A stretch of DNA of 64,000 bases from Bacteroidota bacterium (lineage in GTDB: Bacteria; Bacteroidota; Bacteroidia; Bacteroidales; B18-G4): assembly GCA_018831055.1 (NCBI GenBank), contig JAHJRE010000002.1, positions 97 to 64,096 of the forward strand, in the 5' to 3' direction. Both the position numbers and the translations under genes were made by a program. Shown here in pieces: positions 46,609-55,336 of this stretch. Below the pieces are notes generated by a model. It had not been told where the DNA came from. It saw only the letters and a list, made by a program, of their open reading frames with translations, and searched no databases. Every line of letters begins with the position of its first letter. The stretch's first letter is position 1.

Positions 46609-46656
46609 AAAAAAACCTGTCCGTAACAATCTTCTGTAAACGGACAGGTTTTTTTA
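46609..46656. terminator. Bidirectional rho-independent terminator
   Basis: The 11-bp stem aacctgtccgt / acggacaggtt (46614-46624 / 46640-46650) encloses a 15-nt loop and is flanked by an A-run (46610-46615) and a T-run (46649-46655). It lies between convergent genes. Confidence 0.85.
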
Positions 46657-46746
46657 TTGAATCATTCCCTGAAAGAAAAGAATGGCATTACCACTTATCA
46701 GGCAGCTTGCAACCTGACATTCATCATTCCTGGTAATCATTTAAAG

Positions 46747-48270
46747 CTATTTCAGCACCCCGAACAAACCCCTTATCAATTCCCTTGCCAACGTTCTTCC
46801 TACTTGCCTGACCATGGTGTTTTTCGCCAGGGTTTCCAGTGTTGAAGGCTGTGTGGTTTTTTGTCTCCTTCCGGGCTTCTCCCGGGGTTTCTCTTCATAT
46901 TGCATTTGGGTCCTGGCCTTTTCTATTTTGCGGGAAAGCATTTCATAGGCTGATTCAGAGTCGATAGTATTCTCATATTTATCGGCGAGAAAAGAATTTT
47001 CAACGATCTCGTTTTGCTCTTCATCACCCAGAATATCCATTCTCGTCATGGGAGCTCTCATGTATGTTACAGCTAAAGGCGTTGGTCTGCCTTTTTCGTC
47101 CAGTGCAGTAACCAAAGCTTCACCTATACCCAGAGACGTCAATACTTCATCGGTAAGGTAATATTCCGATTCAGGATAGTTTTCGGCTGTTTGCCGGATC
47201 TCTTTTCGATCTTTGGCTGTAAAAGCCCTCAAGGCATGCTGAACCTTGAGTCCCAGTTGGCTAAGAACAGCATCAGGAACGTCAGTAGGGTTTTGTGTGC
47301 AAAAATAGATGCCAACACCTTTAGAGCGAATCAGTTTAATGATGGTTTCTATCTGGTCTATCAGCACCCGGGAAGTATTTTTGAAAACCAAATGAGCTTC
47401 ATCAATAAAAATAACAAGTTCGGGTTTCAACGGGTCACCCCTTTCCGGGAATTTCTCGTAGACCTCTGCCAACAAACTCAACATAAAGGTAGTGAACATC
47501 TTCGGCTTGTCCTGCATATCAACAAGGCGGATGATGGATATATAACCGTTACCTTCTTTGTCTTTTCTAAGCAGGTCATTCACATCGAACGACGGCTCCC
47601 CGAAAAAACTCTCAGCCCCTTGCTGTTCCAGTTCAATGATCTTCCGCAATATCGTATTTACTGTGGCTGGAGAAACACTGCCATACTCCCTGGAAACAAT
47701 CTCCTTCCCATCCTGGATGGCATATTGGAGTATTCTTTTAAAATCCTTGAGGTCGATCAGGGGCAGGTCATGATCATCGCAATATTTGAAGACCAGAGAA
47801 ACAACACTTCCCTGTGTATCATTTAGTTCCAGAAGCTTCGAAATCAGAATGGGGCCAAATTCCGTCACCGTGGAGCGGAGTCTCACGCCTTTTTCTCCAG
47901 ACAGGGTCATAAGCTCTACAGGCATTGCCTTCGCCGTATAGTTAAATCCCAGCCTTGCATGCCTTTCTTTGATAATTTCCTTCTCTTCCCCTGGCTTAGC
48001 GAGACCACTCATATCTCCCTTAATATCCATTAACAATACAGGAATCCCATTTTCAGATAATTGTTCTGAAATTACCTGTAGGGTCTTGGTTTTTCCCGTC
48101 CCGGTAGCCCCTGCGATCAAACCATGTCTGTTAAGGGTTTTCAGAGGAATTTTCACAAAAGCTTCAGATATGCATTCACCATTAAGCATAGCCGTACCGA
48201 GCAGAAAACTTTCTCCTTTAAAGGAATAACCTTCCTGAATGTTTGATTTAAAAGACTGTCGGATATCCAT
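46747..48270 (-). CDS. DUF853 / HerA-like P-loop ATPase (YjgR family)
   Basis: The Walker A motif reads GATGTGKTKT and the Walker B context reads LVIFIDEAHLVF. I chose the ATG at 48270 (MDIRQSF...) over the longer ORF start. Confidence 0.8.
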   Translation of the reverse strand: MDIRQSFKSNIQEGYSFKGESFLLGTAMLNGECISEAFVKIPLKTLNRHGLIAGATGTGKTKTLQVISEQLSENGIPVLLMDIKGDMSGLAKPGEEKEIIKERHARLGFNYTAKAMPVELMTLSGEKGVRLRSTVTEFGPILISKLLELNDTQGSVVSLVFKYCDDHDLPLIDLKDFKRILQYAIQDGKEIVSREYGSVSPATVNTILRKIIELEQQGAESFFGEPSFDVNDLLRKDKEGNGYISIIRLVDMQDKPKMFTTFMLSLLAEVYEKFPERGDPLKPELVIFIDEAHLVFKNTSRVLIDQIETIIKLIRSKGVGIYFCTQNPTDVPDAVLSQLGLKVQHALRAFTAKDRKEIRQTAENYPESEYYLTDEVLTSLGIGEALVTALDEKGRPTPLAVTYMRAPMTRMDILGDEEQNEIVENSFLADKYENTIDSESAYEMLSRKIEKARTQMQYEEKPREKPGRRQKTTQPSTLETLAKNTMVRQVGRTLARELIRGLFGVLK

Positions 48271-48419
48271 TTTTGTATTTAATTTATGTTTTCTTGAAGG
48301 GAGTAAAATTAACCAATAATCGAATGATCCGGCAATTTGCTTTAAATGACATTCTACTCCGCCTGTCAATTTAAAAGATTAAAATTTTCATCAGTCTCTG
48401 AAAGACTTTATGTTTTCCA

Positions 48420-48427
48420 TACATTTG
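48420..48427 (+). promoter_or_regulatory. Candidate -7 promoter box TACATTTG for the NRAMP-like gene
   Basis: The sequence tacatttg ends 20 nt upstream of the ATG at 48448. Confidence 0.35.
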
Positions 48428-48447
48428 ACTTCCAAAAAGCGGCAAGG

Positions 48448-49704
48448 ATGAACATCCGTCATTTATTGAGAATTCTGGGTCCCGGGCTTCTCTACGCAGG
48501 AGCAGCAATCGGGGTTTCTCATTTAGTGCAGTCTACCCGGGCAGGAGCATCATATGGATTCAGCCTGGTTTGGGTTCTTATCCTCGTAAATGCTCTTAAA
48601 TATCCCTTTTTTGAGTTCGGTACCCGTTATGCTGCCGTTACCGGTGAAAGCCTTATTGATGGATACCGCAAAATGGGAAAATGGGCAATCGTTGCTTTTG
48701 CTATCCTTACCTTATTAACGATGTTCGCAATTCAGGCAGCTGTTACTATAGTTACGGCAGGTTTGACAGGAAATATTCTCCATATCAATTTGAATCCGGG
48801 GTGGATAAGCGCCATTTTGCTGATCTCCACTGTTGTCATATTGATGATAGGCCGGTATAATCTGCTCGACAAACTGATTAAATTCGTTATCGTAATTCTT
48901 GCAATCTCTACCGTTTTCGCAGTTGCCGGAGCATTATCAAAAGGGGTTCATGCCGGCTCAAACTGGTCGGGAGAGTTTTCCTGGTATAACAGTACCGACA
49001 TTTTCTTCCTTATTGCCTTTGTTGGCTGGATGCCGGCTCCCATTGATGTTGCCGTATGGTCTTCCCTATGGTCGGTTGCCAAACAACGCAATTTACATTA
49101 TAAGCCTTCCTTGCGCGATTCTCTTCTCGATTTCAGGATAGGATATATCGGGACAGCAATCATGGCATGTTGCTTCCTTTCCCTTGGAGCACTTGTATTG
49201 CATGGTTCGGGTATCGAATTATCCTCCAATGGAACTGTTTTTGCCGGACAACTCATTGAAATGTATACTGAATCTATCGGCAAATGGGCATATTATATCA
49301 TTGCCGCTGCAGCCCTAACAACCATGTTCAGCACAACCCTCACATGCATCGATGCTTATCCCCGCGTACTTATGCCTACTACGGAAATACTTTTTCCCCG
49401 CTTAACTTCTCAGATTGGAAACAGAAACTACTTTTACTGGTTCTGGATACTTATTCTTTCCACAGGAACGATAATAACCCTGCTCTTCTTCGCAACATCC
49501 ATGCGGTTTATGGTCGACCTGGCGACTACACTCTCTTTTCTTACCGCCCCTGTTCTCGCGTTCATGAACTATCGCGTAGTAACAGCCAAATCAATGCCTC
49601 TTCAGGGCAGATTAAGCAAAGGATTAAAAATCTATGCGTGGATAGGGATTGTTTTCCTGACAGGATTTACGCTGTTTTATATTATTACCTATTTTGCTTC
49701 CTGA
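48448..49704 (+). CDS. NRAMP-superfamily membrane transporter with a non-canonical metal-site motif
   Basis: LGPGLLYAGAAIGVSHLVQSTRAGASYGFSLVWVL aligns by eye with MntH [34 protein letters not shown]. About 11 TM segments are present. I chose the ATG at 48448. Confidence 0.75.
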   Translation: MNIRHLLRILGPGLLYAGAAIGVSHLVQSTRAGASYGFSLVWVLILVNALKYPFFEFGTRYAAVTGESLIDGYRKMGKWAIVAFAILTLLTMFAIQAAVTIVTAGLTGNILHINLNPGWISAILLISTVVILMIGRYNLLDKLIKFVIVILAISTVFAVAGALSKGVHAGSNWSGEFSWYNSTDIFFLIAFVGWMPAPIDVAVWSSLWSVAKQRNLHYKPSLRDSLLDFRIGYIGTAIMACCFLSLGALVLHGSGIELSSNGTVFAGQLIEMYTESIGKWAYYIIAAAALTTMFSTTLTCIDAYPRVLMPTTEILFPRLTSQIGNRNYFYWFWILILSTGTIITLLFFATSMRFMVDLATTLSFLTAPVLAFMNYRVVTAKSMPLQGRLSKGLKIYAWIGIVFLTGFTLFYIITYFAS

Positions 49705-49711
49705 CCCTGTA

Positions 49712-50110
49712 TCATTGATAATCCAACAAAGTCCTGGATTGCAGAAAATCACGAAAATCCTCGGCCATTTCTTTGATCTTGTTTTCAAAGATGCACTGAT
49801 CGAAAGGACATATTGGCTTTTCCAAGGGACAATGATGTGTGCTAAGTCTTCCTTCGATAACCTCATAAATATCCAAAAGCGTAATCTTATCCGCGGATTT
49901 CTTTAACAAAAAGCCACCATTGGGCCCGCGATTCGAGCTCACATAGCCCTCTTTCACCAAACGCTGGAATATTTTAGCTACATGATGTCTTGAACTATTG
50001 TTAACCTCTGCTATCTGATTAACACTTACTGATCCCTCAGACCTTGCAAGGATAATCATACCATGTATCGCTATAGATGCCGCTTCAGTTAAGGCTATGA
50101 TCCGGGACAT
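49712..50110 (-). CDS. Rrf2-family transcriptional regulator with three clustered cysteines
   Basis: The winged HTH reads VSVNQIAEVNNSSRHHVAKIFQRLVKEGYVSSNRGPNGGF. The C-terminal CPLEKPICPFDQC has C-x6-C-x4-C spacing, like Fe-S binding members. Confidence 0.85.
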   Translation of the reverse strand: MSRIIALTEAASIAIHGMIILARSEGSVSVNQIAEVNNSSRHHVAKIFQRLVKEGYVSSNRGPNGGFLLKKSADKITLLDIYEVIEGRLSTHHCPLEKPICPFDQCIFENKIKEMAEDFRDFLQSRTLLDYQ

Positions 50111-50255
50111 AATAATGGAATTGGTATTTGATTACCCAAATGTATGATCAAATTCCAATTAACAAACCATAAAAGCAAAGATTGTTTCAAAAAATGGATT
50201 ATTTTTACTTAATAAAAATAGGTTGTAAATCCATTATTCACAAAAAGCCCTTAAA

Positions 50256-51125
50256 ATGAAAAAGATCCTGGTACCCGTTGATTTTTCAGAAAACACCTGG
50301 AGTGTATGCCAGTACGCGCTATTACTCGCCGGCAATGAATCCACAGAAATCCGTTTATTTAATTCTTTTTTTGATCAGGTAATAGTAACCGATAGCAGTT
50401 TCCCGACAGGAATTGATACTGAAACTATGATCAACGAACAATTGCTGATGGATATCCGGCAGCGTTCGGAAAACGATATCCAACTTTTGCAATCGCGTCT
50501 CATTGACCAGGTCAGGTCGAAAGGGCTTAAAAACATTAAGGTGGTTTATACTCTGGAAGGTGGAGAACCGGAGTTTGAAATCCTGGATATGGAAAATGAA
50601 TACAAACCCGACCTGATTGTTATGGGAACCCATGGCTCGGGAGAAAAAGGTTTCCTGGAAGGAAGTGTCTCAAAAAAAATTATGGATCATGCCAAAGCCC
50701 CGGTATTCGCTATTCCCGAATTAAAAGATAATCCCGTTATCGGCAGGGTACTGTATCTTTCGGAAATATCCGATGCGGATATTCCTGTGCTCGATAAAAC
50801 CTTCAGTATCCTGAAGCATTATAATCCGGCTTTGTTTTTCCTGCATCTGCTAATCAGCAACGAAAGACAGGAAGCGCAGGAAAGGCTTAAACCCATCGAA
50901 AATCATTTTGCCGATAAAGAAAGGGAAGGAAACATAACCTACCATATTCTCCCGGAAAGCAATATTCAGGATGATATCGAAGCTTTTATCCGGGAACACG
51001 ACATCTCTCTTGTCGCATTTATTCCTCATAAAAAAGGATTTTTCAAACGATTGTTCTATCAAGGCATAACCAAGAAAAATCTATTGCAGACCAATATGCC
51101 TCTTCTTGCCATAAGGGAAACATAA
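50256..51125 (+). CDS. Tandem-domain universal stress protein (UspA family)
   Basis: The N-terminus reads MKKILVPVDFSE, the ATP-binding-like segment reads VMGTHGSGEKGFLEGSVSKKIM, and a second Usp half follows. Confidence 0.8.
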   Translation: MKKILVPVDFSENTWSVCQYALLLAGNESTEIRLFNSFFDQVIVTDSSFPTGIDTETMINEQLLMDIRQRSENDIQLLQSRLIDQVRSKGLKNIKVVYTLEGGEPEFEILDMENEYKPDLIVMGTHGSGEKGFLEGSVSKKIMDHAKAPVFAIPELKDNPVIGRVLYLSEISDADIPVLDKTFSILKHYNPALFFLHLLISNERQEAQERLKPIENHFADKEREGNITYHILPESNIQDDIEAFIREHDISLVAFIPHKKGFFKRLFYQGITKKNLLQTNMPLLAIRET

Positions 51126-51170
51126 ATAGTTTTATCTTTGAACCGCAGTTCCGATTATCTACGGCAAGGT

Positions 51171-53150
51171 ATGAAACTATCCATTGTTATTGTCAATTAT
51201 AACGTTAAACACTTTCTGGATCAGTGCCTGATGTCCGTGAAAAAAGCACTGATCGACCTGGATGCCGAAGTGTTCGTTGTTGACAACAATTCGGTTGACG
51301 GCTCCGTCAAAATGGTAAGGGAAAAGTATCCTGATGTTAAGCTCATTGCAAACACTGTTAATACAGGTTTTTCCAGAGCCAACAATCAGGCTATCAAACA
51401 GTCGGAAGGAGAATATGTCCTCCTCCTGAATCCCGACACCCTGGTGGAAGACGACACATTCAGGAAGGTAATTGAATTTATGGATAAGCATCCTGAAGCC
51501 GGAGGTCTTGGTGTGAAAATGATTGACGGCAAAGGGAACTTCCTGCCTGAATCCAAACGGGGATTACCCACCCCGGATGTAGCTTTTTACAAAATCTTCG
51601 GGCTTGCTAAATTGTTCCCTAAATCCAGGGTTTTCGGTAAATATCACCTGGGGTTCCTTGACAAGGATGAAATACATGAGGTAGATGTACTCTCGGGGGC
51701 ATTCATGCTTCTTAGGAGATCGGCTCTCGATAAAACAGGGCTGCTGGATGAGGATTTTTTCATGTATGGAGAAGATATAGACTTATCATACAGGATCAGC
51801 CAGGCCGGATATAAAAATTTTTATTTCCCGGGAACAAGGATCATACATTACAAGGGCGAAAGCACAAAAAAGAGCAGTATCAATTACGTTCTGGTCTTTT
51901 ACAGGGCAATGGTCATTTTTGCCCGAAAGCATTTCTCCCAGAGAAGAGCAAATCTTTTCTCTTTCCTGATCAATACGGCCATTTACCTCAGAGCATCAGC
52001 AGCCATCATGGCCCGATTCGTACAAAAAGCCTTTCTTCCCTTCATAGACATTCTTCTCATCTTCTCCGGTATCTATTTCATAAAATCCTACTGGGAACTT
52101 CAGGTTATTTTCCCTGATGGCGGGCAATATCCACCGGAATTCATCACTATCGTTGTACCGGCATATATACTCATCTGGCTTTTTTCCGTATTTCTCAGCG
52201 GAGGTTACGACCGTCCTGTCAGGCTGATAAAGATCTTTCAGGGAATAGCCATCGGAACGGTAATCATCCTCGTAGTTTACGCCCTCCTGAATGAATCATT
52301 CCGCTTCTCTAGGGCAATAATCATCCTTGGAGCCGTATGGGGGCTCTTCTCAATGATCCTGCTACGCCTCCTTCTGCATTTGCTAAATCCCGGATATTTC
52401 AGAATAGGTACAACTAAGAACAGGCGATTCCTGATTATTGGAGAAAAAGAAGAAGCAGAAAGAGTTGCCGACCTTCTCAGAAAAACCTATATCCTGCCTT
52501 CTTTTATAGGGTTGGTCCACCCTTCTTCAGGAAAACATAAAAACGATGTCTTCCTCGGAAGCCTCGACCAAATTGAAGATATAGTTTTTATTTACAATAT
52601 TGACGAGCTGATCTTTTGCTCACGCGATATCTCCCACCGGGAAATCATAGATATCATGTCGGAACTGGGAGAAACCAATATTGAATTTAAAATAGCCCCG
52701 GAAGACAGCCTTTCCATCATCGGTTCCAACTCCATTAGTACTTCCGGAGACCTTTATACCATTGACATCAACGCTATTACCAACCGGGCTAACAGAAGAA
52801 ATAAACGTTTTCTCGATATTTGCATTTCCCTTTTTGCCCTGCTGTTTTTCCCGCTATTTATTCCATTTGTAAAAAACATCCCTGGATTACTCAGAAATAT
52901 ATTCCTTGTTTTTATTGGCAACCGATCCTGGGTGGGTTATAATTCCTTTAAAAACTCAGTTCATGTATCTCTCCCTCCTATTCGTAAGGGGATCCTTACT
53001 CCCACCGATGCCTTCCGGAAAAAAATTCTCCCCGCTGAGACCATCCAATGGCTGAATCTTATTTATGCACGCGATTATCGCATTAACACCGACCTCAACA
53101 TCATCCTGAAAGGCATGAAGGAAATGGGTAGACGTCGAACAGATATTTGA
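51171..53150 (+). CDS. Family 2 glycosyltransferase fused to a polytopic membrane region and a degenerate bacterial-sugar-transferase-like C-terminus
   Basis: The GT2 part reads LSIVIVNYNVKHFL, VVDNNSVDGS and LLNPDT. It is followed by about 5 TM segments, then KRFLDICISLFALLFFPLFIP and GNRSWVG segments that resemble the ends of the PF02397-type domain. Confidence 0.75.
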   Translation: MKLSIVIVNYNVKHFLDQCLMSVKKALIDLDAEVFVVDNNSVDGSVKMVREKYPDVKLIANTVNTGFSRANNQAIKQSEGEYVLLLNPDTLVEDDTFRKVIEFMDKHPEAGGLGVKMIDGKGNFLPESKRGLPTPDVAFYKIFGLAKLFPKSRVFGKYHLGFLDKDEIHEVDVLSGAFMLLRRSALDKTGLLDEDFFMYGEDIDLSYRISQAGYKNFYFPGTRIIHYKGESTKKSSINYVLVFYRAMVIFARKHFSQRRANLFSFLINTAIYLRASAAIMARFVQKAFLPFIDILLIFSGIYFIKSYWELQVIFPDGGQYPPEFITIVVPAYILIWLFSVFLSGGYDRPVRLIKIFQGIAIGTVIILVVYALLNESFRFSRAIIILGAVWGLFSMILLRLLLHLLNPGYFRIGTTKNRRFLIIGEKEEAERVADLLRKTYILPSFIGLVHPSSGKHKNDVFLGSLDQIEDIVFIYNIDELIFCSRDISHREIIDIMSELGETNIEFKIAPEDSLSIIGSNSISTSGDLYTIDINAITNRANRRNKRFLDICISLFALLFFPLFIPFVKNIPGLLRNIFLVFIGNRSWVGYNSFKNSVHVSLPPIRKGILTPTDAFRKKILPAETIQWLNLIYARDYRINTDLNIILKGMKEMGRRRTDI

Positions 53151-53162
53151 ACATATTAACCG

Positions 53163-53170
53163 TAAATTTG
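53163..53170 (+). promoter_or_regulatory. Candidate -7 promoter box TAAATTTG for the E2 gene
   Basis: The sequence taaatttg ends 32 nt upstream of the ATG at 53203. Confidence 0.3.
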
Positions 53171-53202
53171 TATTATATTTCAAACTATAAATAATCATTA
53201 TA

Positions 53203-54501
53203 ATGGCAAGGTTTGAATTAGTAATGCCCAAACTGGGCGAAAGTATTATCGAAGCAACAATTACAAAATGGTTAAAAGGAGCAGGCGATTCCGTAGAAGA
53301 GGATGATCCCATCGTGGAGATCGCAACGGATAAAGTTGACTCTGAGATACCTTCTCCGGTGGAAGGTAAGATCACCGAAATATTGTTTCAGGAAGGACAA
53401 ACAGTTGCGGTTGGTAAAACCATTGCCATCATAGAAACCGAGGGTGCCGACACCGGTGCTGCAACTCCTGAACCCCAGCCGGAAAGCGTGGAGCAACCCA
53501 AAGAAGAAGCGGATACGGAACCTCCTCTATCTGCCGCTGACACTGAAAACATTGAATCCGCATCAGACCGCTTTTATTCACCATTGGTAAAAAGTATTGC
53601 CAGAAAAGAAAATATCACCGTCGGTGAACTGGACTCCATCCCTGGCAGTGGCAAAGATGGACGGGTTACCAAACAGGATATCCTGGATTACCTGAAGAAC
53701 AGGCCTGCCGCCGGCAAATCTCAAGCCTTTGCTGCTTCTACTCCACCCTCAAAGCCTGCCCCGGTTGAGCCAATATCCGTTAGCGCCGGAACCGGTGATG
53801 AGATCGTTGAAATGGACCGCATGAGAAAGCTTATTGCCGACCATATGGTCATGTCGAAACAAGTTTCCCCGCACGTTACCTCATTCATCGAAGCCGACGT
53901 AACCAATATCGTCAAATGGCGCGAAAAAGTTAAAGATGCGTTCCTGGAAAGAGAAAAGCAAAAACTGACCTTCACTCCCATATTTATTGAGGCTGCAGCC
54001 CGCGTAATCCGTGAATTCCCGCGAATAAACTCTTCTGTCGACGGAACACGCATCATCCTGAGAAAAAATATTAACATAGGTATGGCCACAGCCCTGCCTA
54101 ACGGAAACCTCATCGTACCGGTTATCCGCAATGCAGATCAAAAAAACCTGCTCGGAATTACCAGAGATGTTAATGATCTTGCTAAGAGAGCCCGTGAAAA
54201 CAAACTTCTTCCCGACGAAATTCAGGGAGGCACATTTACCATAACCAATTTCGGCTCCTTCGACAGCATCACCGGAACCCCCATAATTAACCAGCCTCAG
54301 GTTGCCATTCTGGGTATTGGAGCTATACGCAAAAAACCGGTGGTCATCGAAACCCCGCAGGGAGATATGATCGGGATCCGTCATATGATGGTACTCTCGC
54401 TGGCATATGACCACCGCATCGTCGATGGTGCTCTCGGGGGAATGTACCTGAAAAGATTAAGAGATGTGATCGAGAGTTTTGACCCAAACCAATCCGTATA
54501 A
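53203..54501 (+). CDS. 2-oxoacid dehydrogenase E2 component (dihydrolipoamide acyltransferase)
   Basis: The lipoyl domain reads VEIATDKVDSEIPSP, the E3-binding domain reads SPLVKSIARKENI, and the catalytic motif reads LSLAYDHRIVDGA. Confidence 0.9.
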   Translation: MARFELVMPKLGESIIEATITKWLKGAGDSVEEDDPIVEIATDKVDSEIPSPVEGKITEILFQEGQTVAVGKTIAIIETEGADTGAATPEPQPESVEQPKEEADTEPPLSAADTENIESASDRFYSPLVKSIARKENITVGELDSIPGSGKDGRVTKQDILDYLKNRPAAGKSQAFAASTPPSKPAPVEPISVSAGTGDEIVEMDRMRKLIADHMVMSKQVSPHVTSFIEADVTNIVKWREKVKDAFLEREKQKLTFTPIFIEAAARVIREFPRINSSVDGTRIILRKNINIGMATALPNGNLIVPVIRNADQKNLLGITRDVNDLAKRARENKLLPDEIQGGTFTITNFGSFDSITGTPIINQPQVAILGIGAIRKKPVVIETPQGDMIGIRHMMVLSLAYDHRIVDGALGGMYLKRLRDVIESFDPNQSV

Positions 54502-54504
54502 ATC

Positions 54505-55329
54505 ATGGAATTAAACCTTAACCGGCCAATAGTATTCCTCGACATAGAAAGTACCGGTGTAAAAGTAGCCTCCGACAGGATCATTGAGATCTGCATCCTG
54601 AAAGTGATGCCGGGAGGAGAGGAAATAATAAAGACTTTCCTACTGAACCCAGGCATGCCCATTCCTCCTGAGTCAACAAAAATACATGGCATCACTGATG
54701 ACGATGTAAATGATAAACCCACCTTCCAGGATGTGGCCCATGAACTTAACAGGATGCTTGCAAACTGTGATCTGGCAGGATACAACTCCAACAAGTTCGA
54801 TATTCCTTTGCTTATCGAGGAGTTTCTCCGCGCAGGCATAAACTTTGACATAAAAAACCGGTACCTGGTGGATGTTCAGAACATCTTTCACAAAATGGAA
54901 CCGCGAACCCTCCATGCTGCCTACAGGTTTTATTGCCAGAAAGAACTTGTTGATGCACATACGGCCGAAGCCGATACACGCGCAACCTATGAGATACTCA
55001 AATCACAGCTCGATGTGTACAATGGGAAGCAATATACCGACCAGGATGGAAAGAAAAGCACTCCTGTGGTCAATAATGTCAAATCACTTTTCGACTTTTC
55101 CTACCAATCACATTTTGTAGATATGGTAGGGCACATTGTCTATAACGATAAAAAAAATGAAGTATTCAATTTCGGGAAATACAAAGGCAAGCCGGTGGAA
55201 GATGTTTTCAGGAAAGAACCGCAGTATTACGACTGGATGATGAAAGCCGAGTTTCCCCTGTCGACAAAAAATGTGATCACTGCCATTAAACTTCGCGGGT
55301 TTAACAAAGGAGCAATAAATTTTCAATAA
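54505..55329 (+). CDS. DnaQ-like 3'-5' exonuclease (DEDDh) with a C-terminal extension
   Basis: The Exo I motif reads FLDIESTG, Exo II reads GYNSNKFDIPLL, and Exo III reads HTAEADTRATYEIL. Confidence 0.85.
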   Translation: MELNLNRPIVFLDIESTGVKVASDRIIEICILKVMPGGEEIIKTFLLNPGMPIPPESTKIHGITDDDVNDKPTFQDVAHELNRMLANCDLAGYNSNKFDIPLLIEEFLRAGINFDIKNRYLVDVQNIFHKMEPRTLHAAYRFYCQKELVDAHTAEADTRATYEILKSQLDVYNGKQYTDQDGKKSTPVVNNVKSLFDFSYQSHFVDMVGHIVYNDKKNEVFNFGKYKGKPVEDVFRKEPQYYDWMMKAEFPLSTKNVITAIKLRGFNKGAINFQ

Positions 55330-55336
55330 AATACCG

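Noticed and set aside
46747-48270. HerA-like DUF853 ATPase as a possible defence-system component
   Set aside because: It is a stand-alone gene of the widespread YjgR type. It is flanked by a terminator and a transporter, with no nuclease, Sir2, TIR or other effector partner.
48271-48447. Possible yybP-ykoY (Mn) riboswitch upstream of the NRAMP-like gene, prompted by the gggagta ... tactcc pairing
   Set aside because: Only a 6-bp complementarity and a partial GGGAGTA are present. The conserved four-way-junction elements are not recognisable. The best promoter box (48420) lies downstream of the region.
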